Shown here: one piece after another, positions 1 to 12,800 of the stretch
Layout of the letters: every line of letters starts with the position of its first letter
Position numbering within the stretch: position 1 is the stretch's first letter
Source of the DNA: Guillardia theta CCMP2712
Taxonomy: Eukaryota; Protista; Cryptophyta
DNA length: 40,480 nt
Assembly: GCF_000315625.1 (NCBI RefSeq)
Contig: NW_005434488.1
Span: 1-40,480 of the forward strand
Direction: 5' to 3'
Notes under the pieces: generated by a model
The model's database searches: none
The model's input: only the letters and a program-made list of their open reading frames with translations
What the model was told of the DNA's origin: nothing
Made by a program: the position numbers and the translations under genes

Positions 1-225
1 AGGGAGGGAGGGAGGGAGGGAGAAGGAGGGGGAAAGGGAGGGAGGGAGAGAGGGAGGGAGAGAGGGAGGGAGGGAGAGTGAGGGAGGGAGAAATAGAGAG
101 AGGGAGGGGGAGAGAGACAGAGACAGAGAGACAGAGAGACAGAGAGACAGAGGGAGGGAGAAAAAGGGAGAGGGAGAGGGGAAGGGAGAGAGACAGAGAC
201 AGAGACAGAGACAGAGAGGAAGAGA
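1..225. repeat. (GGGA)n/(AGAGAC)n purine microsatellite, probably intronic in the left-edge gene
   Basis: Directly visible. Confidence 0.9.
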
Positions 226-230
226 CAAAC

Positions 231-532
231 TCCCTACAGGTCCGGCGTAGGTGCTCGTTTTCCTCCACGATTTCACGAAAACTGGCTTTGAAGGGGAGAG
301 CGGGATCATCTCTTTCGTTTTCATCCTTGTTTCCCCACCATGCCGCCACAGTACGACAACTGGCGACGCTGTCCGCACGTAAGACAGCTTCCTGGCGGAT
401 GATGGTATCCGACAGATCGTCGGAAAGTAACCTCGGGGTTAACGTCGGCGACGGCATGGCCACCACCGAGGCGGAGCGCTGCTCAGCCGACCCATTCAAT
501 GTCTCCTTCACGAAGCTGCCCAAACGAGACAT
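231..532 (-). CDS. Probable first coding exon of an unknown minus-strand gene that runs off the left edge (MSRLGSFVKETLNG...FKASFREIVEENEHLRRTCRE)
   Basis: Manual minus-strand translation from ATG at 532 is open with natural composition and a short coiled-coil-like end. It reaches a candidate GT donor at 230, followed by a CT-rich (minus-sense) microsatellite intron. It is not in the supplied ORF track, probably because no stop occurs before the window edge. Confidence 0.55.
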
Positions 533-899
533 GCTTCAACTCATCCAGTCCGAGACAAGACTACCCGCTGGAATGCTCTTCCCGTCCATGTTTCCTTGAA
601 CAACTTCTTTCAACGCATCTCCGAGAGGAAAACCAGGCCTTCGCGTACCAAAATGTTAGGAAAACCTCCCACGAGTATGTCTCGAGCCCGTGTTGACACA
701 CGAAGTAATCCCGTCAAGAAACCAAAGAGCAAGTGTGCGAAACAATGCACAGTGCAACGATGAAGTTTATTCGATTTTGACGTTAGAATAAAAAGGAAAG
801 AAAGTAATCTAAATTCTTAAGAAACGACACTGCCTAGGACATCTACTTAAAAGAAAAACAAAAGTCTGTAAACATATCCTATCAACAGGCAGACATAGT

Positions 900-1136
900 A
901 CGGGAGACTGACGGGAGAGAGCCAGCGGAGTCGGACAGTGAGGAGCTGGGCGAGCCCACGGGAGACTGACGGGAGATTGATCGGACAAGAAGAGCTTCCT
1001 GTTCCCTTCACTCTCTGTCGCCACCGCTAGCAAGACGGGAGACTGTCACTGTCAGGAGACTCACGGGAGACTGACGGGAGAGCGACAGTCAGCGGAGTCG
1101 GACAGTGAGGAGCTTGCAGGAGAGTCGGACAGTGAG
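900..1136 (+). repeat. Clustered direct repeats: ACGGGAGA x7 and GAGTCGGACAGTGAG x3 in the intergenic region between divergent genes
   Basis: ACGGGAGA at 900, 911, 958, 969, 1035, 1063 and 1074; GAGTCGGACAGTGAG at 928, 1095 and 1122. Confidence 0.85.
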
Positions 1137-1249
1137 CCTGAGCTGGAGAGCGGAGCATGCTGGAGCAGTGATCTTGCAACAACTTTCCAAAAAAAGCATA
1201 CGGTTCGTGCCAGGGTGTGTGCCTTCCCCGGGCCCCCTTCCCGAGCCTG

Positions 1250-1267
1250 CCCTAAACCCTAAACCCT
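1250..1267 (+). promoter_or_regulatory. Interstitial plant-type telomeric motif / telo-box (CCCTAAA)2CCCT
   Basis: ccctaaaccctaaaccct is directly visible and contains AAACCCTA, the plant telo-box. A regulatory role here is inferred. Confidence 0.55.
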
Positions 1268-1764
1268 TTATCATTATTATTATGATGATGATCATTATTA
1301 TTATGATGATGATGAGTTAAAAATCAGTACGAGGACAATCAGGAGAGTCGAGGAGGCTTGACCCTGACACTGTCGCACAGGCCAAACGGCGAGAAGTTCA
1401 GTCAGGAGAGTTGCTTCTCGAGGCTCCTTCGCCGGTCACCCCGAGTCGCCGGCACCCGGGCCTGCAGCTCACGATGATGAGTAAAAGATAGTACCAGGCA
1501 AACGAAAGGTTATTTGCGGCACTCATGGCTGCGAGAGGAGGAGGAGGAGGAGGAGGAGGAGGAGGAGGAGGATGTCTGATAGAGAGAGCAGAGGAGGAGG
1601 AGGAGGAAAGTGGAGGTGATCAGAAGAGGATTAGGGAGCATAGAGTGGGTTTAGAGGAAACGAATGCAAGGAGGGAGAAGAAAATGAGCGTCGCTTCCAT
1701 GAAGGAAAGAAGTATAGCGAGAAGAATTGACAGACAATGACCGGAATGTTTCAGTTGATCCTCC

Positions 1765-2226
1765 ATGTTTGCGGCACTTTCGCTGCTGTCAAAGCTCAAC
1801 GAGTTCCAGTACGCCATCAGGTGCATCTTGCGTGAAACAACATCTCAACTGAGAACATTCTGGTTGCAGCCCTCGTGTGCCATGTCCTTCAGATGATGTT
1901 TGGGCGGGCTATGGCGACGAGGCGATCCGGGGAGTAGGCGCTCCTGGTAAGTCCCGTCTCAATCTGACCCTTCCCTGATCTTGCTTGTTTTGCTTGCATG
2001 AGCATGTTTTCATTGCTGTTGAAAGTTTGTTCTTCGTGCTTGGCTCTAGGCTTCCCATGCCTGACACGGCAGCAGGTATTCTCAACCCGCAGGATGTTTC
2101 GGAAGGCAACCTCTTTCCCGGCCCAGCAGCGTGAGATCTCTGCCACGTCTTGTCGTCTTGCTCACTGTCAGCAGGCTCATCCGCGGTGTTGGAAGCCCTG
2201 GGGTCCTCACAGCCAATTGCGCTTGA
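1765..2226 (+). CDS. Small 4-exon gene, 79-aa hypothetical protein (exons 1765-1820, 1870-1946, 2076-2130, 2175-2226): MFAALSLLSKLNEFQYAISPRVPCPSDDVWAGYGDEAIRGVGAPGILNPQDVSEGNLFPGPAALIRGVGSPGVLTANCA
   Basis: Three canonical GT-AG introns (gtgcat..ttgcag; gtaagt..ctgac..cagcag; gtgaga..cagcag) give an in-frame 240-nt CDS. The internal repeat IRGVGAPGIL / IRGVGSPGVL appears only in this spliced frame. Confidence 0.75.
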
Positions 2227-2434
2227 GCTGGATCGAGGGAAGGAGAGATGGTCGTGGTGATGGAAGGAGCGAGATGTTCGCCGTCACTACGAGCCTCTCA
2301 AGCCTCAAGTCCTGTACTCTCTTGTTTGTTGTCCCATCGTGCTGGGATTCGTGCACATGTATCAGAAAATTTTCAATCTTTTCCTAATTATCTCAGTGAA
2401 ATTTGAATGTTTATCGTACAAGGTGAAAGTTCCT

Positions 2435-4300
2435 TCACAGCATCAAAATGCTGCTTACAGTGCCGATTGGCGAGCCATCTGATCTCATGGCTCGATAGTA
2501 GTCGCGCTGCTCACACCTGCCAGGTTGTCAGAAATCGGTAGGCATAGAAGAGGAGGAGGGGTAGGCATAGGAGAGGAGGGGTAGGCATAGGAGAGGAGGA
2601 GGGATAGGCATAGGAGAGGAGGAGGGATAGGCATAGGAGAGGAGGGGTAGGCATAGAAGAGGAGGAGGGGTAGGCATAGAAGAGGAGGAGGGGTATCGGC
2701 CACTCCCCCGGCCCCCCATCGTCCACCTCCTCCCTCAAGTATTTTCTTCCTCGTTTCTGTCCTTATCAGACCTCCGACCTCCCTCCCTCCTCTCCTTCAG
2801 CTCCTTCCTCTATCTGTCTTGACCCACCATTCCACCACGTTCTGCACGAGGTTCCCCTGCTGATCTGTCGCCTGCGTCGGATCCGTCCAAACCTCCGACC
2901 CTCGAGGGAGGTAACCGACCGCCTGGTGAGCGCGTGAGGGAGAGAGGAGGAAGGTGACTGACGTACGTTGATCTTCCCGCCAAGATACAGGCAGCCTTGC
3001 ACGCGAGCCATGCTGTACACCGTGCCGCTCACGCCGCTGCCTAGGGGGGACCAGATCCCACTTTCCCTCTACATCAGCACGAGACGAGACGCGGCTGGAG
3101 GTCACCTGGCGTATCTTGCGACGCCGTTGACGCTCCTTCCTGCTGCTGTCTTGAAGGCTCCGCCGACAAAGAGAGAACGTCCCATGCTGGCAAGAGCGTA
3201 CACCTCGCCGTCAAGCTGACCCAGACTCCTCCACTTCTACCGCCAAGGTCACCGCAAACTCGCGAAAGCTATTCTCACCTCCCCATCCCAGGACGCCAGA
3301 AACTTCGTATCCCTCTGACCTCCTGCGTTGCCAAAGTTTCCGCCGACGACGAGCTGCGGAAGCGTTGGCAGTGAGAGAGGCAAAGAGAGCATAACCTCGA
3401 AGCTGCAGTTCATGCAGTCAAAGTTGCCAGACGTCATCGTTAGCACTTCTCCTCCTTCAACTCCGCAGAATCCGCCGGAACAGAGCGGCTGCCATTGCAT
3501 CGAGCGCATGTCCAGAAGAAGGAGACCTCCTGCGATACCTCCATGTCACATCTACCATCCCTACCAACATTCTCTCCTCCTCCTCCTCTCCCTTGCTCTT
3601 CCTCCTCCTCCTCCTCCTCCTCCTCCTCCTTGCTCCCTCCCTTCCTCCTCTCCCTCGCTCCTTAACCTGTAGCGTCAGGCTGACCGCTAGAGGACAAAAA
3701 TTGTCCCGCGAGCGTGAGGAATTCATTTCCGTCGCTTTGACCTGCCAGGCTTGTCAAAGTCTCGTCGGCAGCTGCTCGCTCCTCCACCTGTGATGCTCAG
3801 AGCGCTCGCCACTCGTCCAGCTGGAGGAGGAGACCCGAAGATCTGCGGGAAGACCGTCAGGCGGACCGGCGTCACTTCCGCCTGCTGACCGGCTGCCATT
3901 CTCTCATGCTCTTGTCCCAGATGAGACACCCGAGGCTGCGAACAACGTGCTCTAGGGGGAGAATGAGGCGGGAGGAGGCGAGGGCGAAGGCTCACCAGCA
4001 CGGGAAGGCTGTCTGATTTCCTGATATGCTGGAGCACAAGACTAAGACAGAGGAGGAGGCAGTGCGAGTGATACCAACGGTGAAGGAGCCGAAGACCAAC
4101 AGCTGCTTGCGGGCTGGTAAAGCCAGCATTCCCCGTACTGACCCATCAAGTCCATGCCCGAGAGGAAAGAAATTTTCTCCGTTCCACTCAACGATGTACT
4201 TGGCCCGAACACTCGAAGCTTGAGGAGAAGTCAACAACCCCTGAGGTCAACGAGCGGGTGGTACCTTCTTGAAACGATCCTCCAAAGAAAACAGAGTCAT
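2435..4300 (-). other. Gene A C-terminal beta-propeller repeats (Rax2-C/kelch-like style)
   Basis: Repeated blades: YIVEWNGENFFPLGHGLDGSVRGML..LLVFGSF; LVVGGNFGNAGG..FLASWDGEKWRSLGQLDGEVYALASMGRSLFVGGAFKTAAGRSVNGVARY; IWSPLGSGVSGTVYSMARVQGCLYLGG. Family assigned by motif resemblance only. Confidence 0.65.
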
Positions 4301-7300
4301 CGATCTTTGCTACTGCTCTGACTGCTCTGTCGATTCCCAGGTTGACCGTCTATAGAGCAACGGACAGGTCAAATGCTGGCTAACGCGCTCAAATAGAAAC
4401 CGTCATCTGCATCCTTGAAGATGGTTGAGCGAATCCGACATAGCCGTTACCCGAGTCATCGACCCCAGCTGCAGCCCAAGTCAGGTCATCAGTTGTCATG
4501 GAGAGAGTCTCCACCGAAGACGGTCTGCATGCTGTAGACCGTCTGATTTAACATGACGCCTTCTCTGACTACCCCCGCAACAATCTCGACAACTTGAACT
4601 TTGACCGGAGAGTCTGTCTGGTTGATCTGCAGCTGCTCGCAAACGAGCTTGACAAGCACGTGTCAAACAGAGCTTGCTCTCAGCTTCTGCCCACCTGAGT
4701 ATCGGAGAGGACAAGCAGTCGAGGACAAGCCGTTTGCCCGACAAAGACTTTAACAACTGGCGAATCGTTCAAGGTGAACCAACTCCAGCTGGCAAGCGAG
4801 CTGTCGTAGACGACAGCTGGACTGAAGTTGACACCATTGATGGTCAAACTGCCATTGGTTGACAAGCCATTGGGCCCCCACAGCCTCGGGCTGACGCTGA
4901 AGACTCGCGGCCTGGAAGGACGTAGAGGTCAAGAGGAGAAGAGAGAAGGAGCAGGCACAGAAAGACCTTGCTAGCACACGGAGCATCACGACATGCTCAG
5001 TGCTGACGCCACTCCCTCCGTACTCAGTCCCTCCGTTGTCAAAACATCTGCAAGGCTGTCAGCAGTGACGCCTCCTCTCGAACGTCACCAACCTGATGGT
5101 CAACGTGACCACACCGGCGTTGTCATCGTTGACCCAGAAGACGAGAGTCCCGTTTTCAAAGATGTGCGGATCCTTCTGCCCGTCAGCTGCCCCTTGTCAA
5201 AGTTCAGAGCTGGTCACCTGCTGGAAGAATGCTGGAGTATCGGTGCTGTACTGCACTCTGAAGGTGATACTCTGCCCGATCTCGTCGACTCCTCCCCTCG
5301 AAATGTTCCTGATGGCATCAGGTCTGACCTGAAGTCCAGCACTGACACCAGCTGATCAGAACCACCTTCAGCTCTAGAGCCTCTCACTTCTCTATCGCGA
5401 AGATGGTCGGAGGAGAGGCAAAAGTCGGGGGGTTGTTGACGCTGAGCTGGAGTAACTGGTGAGGACCAGTACAAAGATGAGGGGATGAAGAGATAGAGCA
5501 ACGAAGCAGAGAGAAGAACGTGGACGAGAAGTGAGTGCTGGATATTTTGACATGGCGCGAGGAGAGGGAGAGAGGTGGAGGAAGAGGAGGGGAGGAGGAA
5601 AAGCCAACGACAGGTGAATGGAAAGGTGGCGGAGCAAGAGGAGGAGGAGAGAAGCTACCACGCGCAAGGTGAGGGTTTGTGCTATGGATCTGTTCGATCC
5701 GAGTAGCGTCGAGTTTCCGTTGTCGAGGGCGACAATAGACAAGTTACAGACCCCGTTAACATTGGGCAGCAGCTGCAGCTGTAAACTCGCGTTGGAAGAC
5801 CACGGGGGCTGATCGAAGACAATCTGACAAGAACATCATCTCAAGCCTCATGGACGTGCGTCAGAAAACAAACCAAAGGAGCAGCGACGAGCATCGACCC
5901 GCACGAGTTTGGAGTTGTGTAACCCAAGACAAACGAAACCAACTGAGCAAACGTGAGATACAAGATCGAAGCAGAGCAAGTGAGATACAAGACAGAAGCA
6001 GAGCAAGTGAGATACAAGATAGAAGCAGAGCAAGTTAGATACAAGACAGAAGCAGAGCAAGTGAGATACAAGACAGAAGCAGAGCAAGTTAGATAGAAGA
6101 TCGACGCAGAGCAAGTGAGATACAAGACAGAAGCAGAGCAAGTGAGATACAAGACAGAAGCAGAGCAAGTTAGATAGAAGATCGAAGCAGAGCAAGTGAG
6201 ATACAAGACAGAAGCAGAGCAAGTGAGATAGAAGACAGAAGCAGAGCAAGTTAGATAGAAGATCGAAGCAGAGCAATTGAGATAGAAGATCGAAGCAGAG
6301 CAAGTGAGATACAAGACAGAAGCAGAGCAAGTGAGATAGAAGATAGAAGCAGAGCAAGTGAGATATGGTTTGTTGGCAGTAGCTGTCAGTCTATTACTTG
6401 CAGAATGCCTTCGTCTGGCGCTCCCGCCGTGACATCTGGCAGCAAGTCAGAAGATCCCGCCCGTCCGCCTCAGGTGGTTCACTGGTGATGAAGTTGGTGA
6501 AGGTGAGCTGGCGATCTTGGTTGCTTTCCTTGACGTCAAGGACGTGAGAGGCCAGGGCGAAGTCAGGCGGGTTGTTGACGGAGAGAAGGTCAAGCACGAC
6601 TCGCTGCGCTCCAAGTTCAACGTCGATGCGAAGAAGCTCAAGTCAGGTAGATGGAGGAGAATGAAGAGGAGAAAAAGCAGGAGAAGAGGAAGAGGAGGAG
6701 AAAAAGGAGGAGAAAAAGGAGGAGGAAGAGGAGGAGGAGAAGAGGAGGAGGAAGAGGAGGAGATTACGTCTGACACGCTGGAGGCGATGGCGCTGATAAC
6801 GGCATTCAGAACTTATAAAACACTACAGGAGACTCGGCTTACCTCCCGTTGACTGTCACTGAGATCGAGAACGCCAGCTCAAACACCCTCGATGAATGTC
6901 AGGAAGCAGATTGACAAGCTGAGAAAACCTCACCCGTGAACCCAGTTGGCAGCTCGGAAGGTGAGGGTGCCGTTGGTTGACAAGGTGGGGAGGTCTTGAA
7001 AGATTTGGCTCGGGAGGAGGCCGAAGTCAGGGACCTGAAAGGGGGAGGGAAGGGAGGGGATCGTCAGTAGCTGTCAGGGACTCAAATATTTCACTTGTTT
7101 CGCACTCTCCAATGAAAACTTGAAACCCGTCTGAATGAAATTCCCGTCAACCTCCACCTGCCATGTTGTGAGCTGAGAAACCTCCTCCCTTCCTCATCCT
7201 CGTTCGCTCTTGCTTGATTTCCCAGCTACTCCCTCAATCTTCTCTCACCTGCACCCCGCAGCTCTTCGAGATGGTTCCATTGCCCTCAAGCACGATGATG

Positions 7301-8189
7301 GAAGGGCAGGAAATCCGCGCGAAGACTCCAGACGTCAAAGTCTGCAACGGCTTGTCAAACACGAAGAGTCAACTGATGAGCTCGCCACCTTCAAGAAGAT
7401 CTTCATGTGCTTGACAGCAGTTCTGACTCAAACGTCACCCTCCTCCTCCTCTACTCTCAACCACTCGCCTGTCTTGTCCGTACACGTTGCCATTGAGCCG
7501 GAAAACTCCCCCGCCGTCGATGAGCTGCACATCAACGTCTATCGTCTCGTACTTGGAGTTGTTGAGATGTAGCGCCATCATTCCCATCCTGCTTGCTCGG
7601 TAAGAAAAGTTGACCCGGTCTGCCATCATCACCCGTTCTGAATCCACAAGTGCGGAGGCGACGAGAAGAAGGATAGGGTAGAGAACGACACATGAAATCG
7701 AAGCGTCTGATAGTGAGAGGGAGGGATGGAGGGAGGAAGGAAGAGAGGGAGGGGAGGGAGACTGGGGTTAGATGGATCCGAGCAGAAGCATCATGTTCTT
7801 ACCTGTGCGAGATTTTCATCTCCAGAGCTCACATTCCAGGCAAACCTAACAAAGACAAGTCAAAGTCGACATCTCAAGCTTTGACCTCACGTTATGTTCT
7901 GATCTTTCGGGTCTGAGACAATCACTATCTCTGGTTCAAGGTCGAAGCTGGGCGGGTTGTTGATGAACGAGGTTGTCAACGCAAACACTCGAGAGAATTC
8001 TGTCGTCTAGTCATATGAAATCATTTCGACAAGCTGAAGACTCACCCAAGCTTGTCAAGTTGCAGCCCATCGGCCCCTCAAGCGTGCTCCTCAACAGATT
8101 CATCACGATCCTGCTCAATCATCAACATCTTCCCTCCCCCCCACTACCCCCCCCCCCCCCCCCCCCTCTCACTATCCTCCCTCTCCCTT

Positions 8190-8221
<32 letters not shown>

Positions 8222-9795
8222 TCTCGTGCTCGGTCTCGTGCTCGTGCTCGTGCTCATCGTACTAGATTTCCTTCTCCTAGTTTTGTCGCTACCTGTATAA
8301 TCTCGATCCCATCATCTCCACCGTCGGCGTCACCGTCAAACTCCCCTGATCATCCACCCGCATCGCCACTTCACCTCCTAGCAGAAGTCAGGAGGAGGAG
8401 GAGAGAAGGAGGAGGAGGAGGAGAGCAGAGCGCAGCAGAAGATGCAATGAAGAAAGAGGAGAGGAGAACCGGGGGCAAGAGGCGACATGTTGTCATAGGC
8501 TCCGAAGACAGTCAAGTTGGGGAAGAAGCACGACGATCCTGTGCAGCATGAGGCGAGCAACAGAAGAAAAGAAGCTCGACCGTAGTCCCTCTCTTGCCAG
8601 TCAAACCAATCTTGTGCGAGAGATGGATACGTACACATCAGACGTGACCGGGGAAGACCGCGGAACACAAGGAGTTTGTCTGCAGCGACTTCATGACTGC
8701 TGCTGTCACGACAACTCTGTTGTACCTCCCCTTGCTTGCACAAACTTGGCTCCGTCGAGGATTCCATGGCAGAAAGTGCTTAAATTCTTCTGGATGACTC
8801 TGTCGCAGCTTGTCAAACTGGAACGAGACAGACAGTGAAAGAAATTCACCTGGAGTAGAGACGACCCGCCTGGTCAAAGATGCCAAGAGCTTGACAACAC
8901 AACCGTCACACGCCCACACACGTTGACTGGGTTCAAACCTGACACGCTGAAACGAGGATGTCAGATTCGTGAAGAGGAATGAGCAACAATAATGTGATGA
9001 TAGATGATCAGCAAAAGTTGAAATGAAGGAAGTGAAGAAACCTGAGATCGTCGTCAATCACGTCGAATGTCTTGATAGTTCCTTGTGACATGTCCAGAGC
9101 GTGAAAGTGCGATGAGCTTGAGTTAAGCCACATGCTTGTGACGTCTTCAACTCCCTTCGTCCTCCTGCATCGCACATGACATTTCAACACGACATCTCAA
9201 CACGACATCTCAACATGACATCTCAACATGACATCTCAACATGACATCTCAACATGACATCTCAACATGCTCATCTCAACATGCTCATCTCATCATGACA
9301 TCTCAACATGCTCATCTCAACATGAAATCCGGTTGCGCTGGCAAACACCTGAAGTTCCACGGGAATGCGATCAACCCTTCAGTGATGCTGTTTGCAAGAA
9401 GCAACTTCTGCATCTCGCCTGATCGCATGTCATCGTCACCTCAGCCTTCTCCCCGTCTCACCTCGTCGGTCTGGCAGCGACACGAAATTCCACTTTGACG
9501 TCACTCCTGCTGTCGCGTCACTTTGACCGTTTCCCCGTTCTCATCCGTCACCTGTTGGGAAGCGAAGAGCAAAAGTTCTCGTAGGAAGTTGAAACAGCCC
9601 GGGGACTCTACTGCGGTTGGGAGGAACAGCTGAGATCTCGTCGATGAAAGTTCCGTTGGCTTGACAAGGAGAATAAGGAGGAGAATATGCGCAAGTTTGA
9701 TACCCGAAGCCTCTGAGGTGCTCCTGCCGCTCCACTGCAAGACTGCAGAATGCGGTTGCATCACCTGTACCTTCTCAGCTCCTCCACCCTCTATC

Positions 9796-9884
<89 letters not shown>

Positions 9885-12800
9885 TGTCCTCGTCCTCCTC
9901 ACTGCTCCTGCTACTGTCTGAATGATCTACCTGTTTGTCAAACACTTGTTGCGAACTCGACGTCAAATCTCTGATTCCCTGAGGATCGAGGAGTCAGAGG
10001 AGGAGCAGTAACACGAGTGGGATGACTTGAGCGACGGCGAAGAAGTGTTCTCCTTCGTCTTCGAAGTGAAATACATCAGAACATCCTCTGTTGCAGTCAT
10101 ATCATCGTCATCGCACTAACAAGACAAGTAGCTATGAGACCTCAACCCATTGACGTTGTCATGTGACGGCCATGAGAACTTGAGACTTTCCTGCAGTAAT
10201 GTATCAGTTGATTCATTCCCGCCATCATCATCGTCATCAACCAGGTATCTTGCCAAATACGCCTGAACTTCTTCAGTTGACATGCTGCGTATGAACTCGC
10301 AGGCAGCGTTCACGGAGCATTCAACTGAGCATGAGAGCGAGCAGATGGAGCAAACAGCGTCTGTGCTGCAGAAGCCTTCATTCGATCCTCCTGCTTCATT
10401 GTTCACCAACCTATTTCCCCTCCTCCTCCTGCTCCTGCTCCTCCTCACCCACCCCGCCTCCTCCGCCCACTCTGCTCCATCTGCTGCTTCTTCCTCCATT
10501 GCTTTCCTCAAAATTTGCGCTACTTTTTCGCGCCCCTATTTATTCTCTGTCCTATCCCTCCCTCCCTCCCTCCCTCCTCCCTTCATCTTCTATTTCAACC
10601 TCATTTCTCTGTGCTCTACTCCTCCTCCGCCTCCTCCTTCTCCTCCTCGCTTCCTCCTCCTCCTCCCCCTTCCCTTTCTCCCCCGCGTACCCGGTAGATA
10701 GCTGGTACATCCTCCCCAGATCAGCCTGGGGTCTTCCTGGTACCGATCGCTATCCGAGCATGCCAGCACGGGGAGGGCAGGAGCGCTTCCTGCGTCTCGT
10801 ACCGCATCGCTCAGCTCCACGAACGATTCTGATCCAGCATGGTCCAGCAGCACGAAGACAGCGGGCTGTGCGTCAGAGGCGGAGAGGAGGGAGAAGATGT
10901 CGGAGACTGCGGGGGAGGGAGAGGTAAGAGAAGGACAGCAAGTTTGAAGATTTTTGACCTGCTGTCATCGGCTGACTGATCCTTGACAAGACAACGAAAC
11001 TTTCTTGACAAGAATTTGTATGGTTGGACCTGTTTGCAGACTTCAGTCATGTGCTCTCGCTCTGTTTGTCACTGGTACATCTGTCTGCACGGGAGGGAGA
11101 ACGTGTTGATGTTGATCACGCCGGGTAACGAGATGTTTTGAAACTCCCTGACTCAAAATTACTCACTCTGATAAACTTGAAGAAATCACCTGAAACGTTC
11201 TTGTTGAGAATTCCATTCCCAGATCTCAACATGTGTACTCCAAGCGGGATATTTGAAACTGACAATGGGAGGCGAGAGAAGAAGAAGGAGAAAACGAAGA
11301 GCGGAGAGGAGAGGGGAGGAGCGGTGTGGAGAGGAGAGGGAAGGAGAGGAGAGGAGAGGAGAGGGAAGGAGAGGAGAGGAGAGGAGAGGAGAGGAGAGGA
11401 GAGGAGAGGAGAGGAGAGGAGAGGAGAGGAGATATAAGCTCAGAAAAGTTTCAGCAGCAACGAGTCACCTCGAGCAGTCGATGTCCGAGCACTCAGCGTT
11501 GCTTCCTCCGTCTCCTGCCAGCACAAGGAAATGTCGAGACTCGTTGACCTGCAGATGAGCTACGGAGAGCGCGCGGAGAGAAGAGAGAGGCTGGAGGACA
11601 ACGAAACCCACTCCTTGCTCCCAGCTGTAGACAACGCTGCTGGGAATCAGCTGAGAATTGCTTGTGAAAGCGACGGCGAGGAGGAGTCGAGGGCCGAGCA
11701 GGAAGGAAGAGGAAGAGCGGGAGAAGGAGGAGGGACCGCCCAGGCTTTGATGGTGATGAAAGCGACTCGTGCTGACGTTCCATGTGTAGACATTGACTGC
11801 CGACATGTTTTGGTTGCTCAACCAGTTTGAAACAACAACAATCGTCTCTCCTGTCATTGCTTGTCACCCATTACTCTTATCTTGTTCCCTTGCTCACCGT
11901 TGGTCTTTGCGACGCTCATGTAGACAGCATTTGCGTCTTTCACCCCGTTCTTGTTGAGATATTGAAAGAACACAAACCTCTCCTGTTGTTTTTCGTTTCA
12001 TTACCTTTGATCCTCCTCTCTCCTCCTCTCCCCTCCCCTCCCCTCCCCTCCTCTCCCCTCCTCTCCCCTCCTCTCCCCTCCTCTCCCCTCCTCTCCTCTC
12101 CTCTCTTCTCCCCTCCTCTCTCCTCCCCTCCTCTCCCCTGTGCTCGGCTCTCCTTCTCCCCCTCACCTGCTCTGCATTCCATCGCAATACTGACACTCCA
12201 GCCTCTCCACCAGCGACGAGGAGGAGGCGGTCGAGGCCGAGGAGGAGGAGCTCGGACGAGTAGGAAGCTGCCAGGTTTCCGCCGAAGATGCGGGAGGGAG
12301 AGAGGAGGCTGAAAGTGAAATCGAGAGCTCCTAGCACAAGCTCAGTGCGAGGGAGAGAAGTAGGAGAGAAGTGAGCTGTTCTCACCTGTAACAATGTCTG
12401 ATGACTGCAATGCATTGAGGCCACGAGAAGAAATCTGCAAGAGAGGTCATAAGAAAATCATGATGACAACTGTGCAGAAAGTTTTACCTTGTTGTCATAC
12501 TCCCACAATACTTTCTCTTCTTGTTGTATTGATCCGAGCTCAGTGAAGTTTCCTGTGAGGGAAGAAAGAACAACATGTTTATGATAGCACATTCGCGGAC
12601 AACACTTCTGACCTGTCAGTGAATCCCTTCGGAGAACTGCAATGGAGCTGATCACAGGAGTCAGACCAGAGAAGGAGAATGATGAAGATATCAAGTTCTC
12701 ACTTTGACAGCAAGGAGAACAGCAACATAATCTTCGAGTCTGCCGTCATCATCATCTTGCTTGCTCCCGCTATGATCGACGGGTAGAAAATTCCCCTGAC

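Noticed and set aside
78-599. Plus-strand 173-aa ORF
   Set aside because: It starts within a microsatellite and is antisense to a more protein-like minus-strand frame whose intron has the expected pyrimidine-rich sense.
1250-1267. True chromosome end
   Set aside because: Only about 2.5 telomeric units, with genes on both sides.
1765-2226. Identification of the microprotein as an ejectisome/R-body (Reb-like) protein
   Set aside because: No recognisable similarity by eye; a database search would be needed.
1620-2387. Unspliced ORFs 1620-1826(-), 1889-2146(-) and 1998-2387(+)
   Set aside because: Better explained by the spliced 79-aa plus-strand gene. Gene A already terminates at 2435.
5945-6364. 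CRISPR array or 9-aa repeat protein (YLTCSASVL)n
   Set aside because: Head-to-tail minisatellite with no unique spacers, lying inside a GT-AG intron of gene A.
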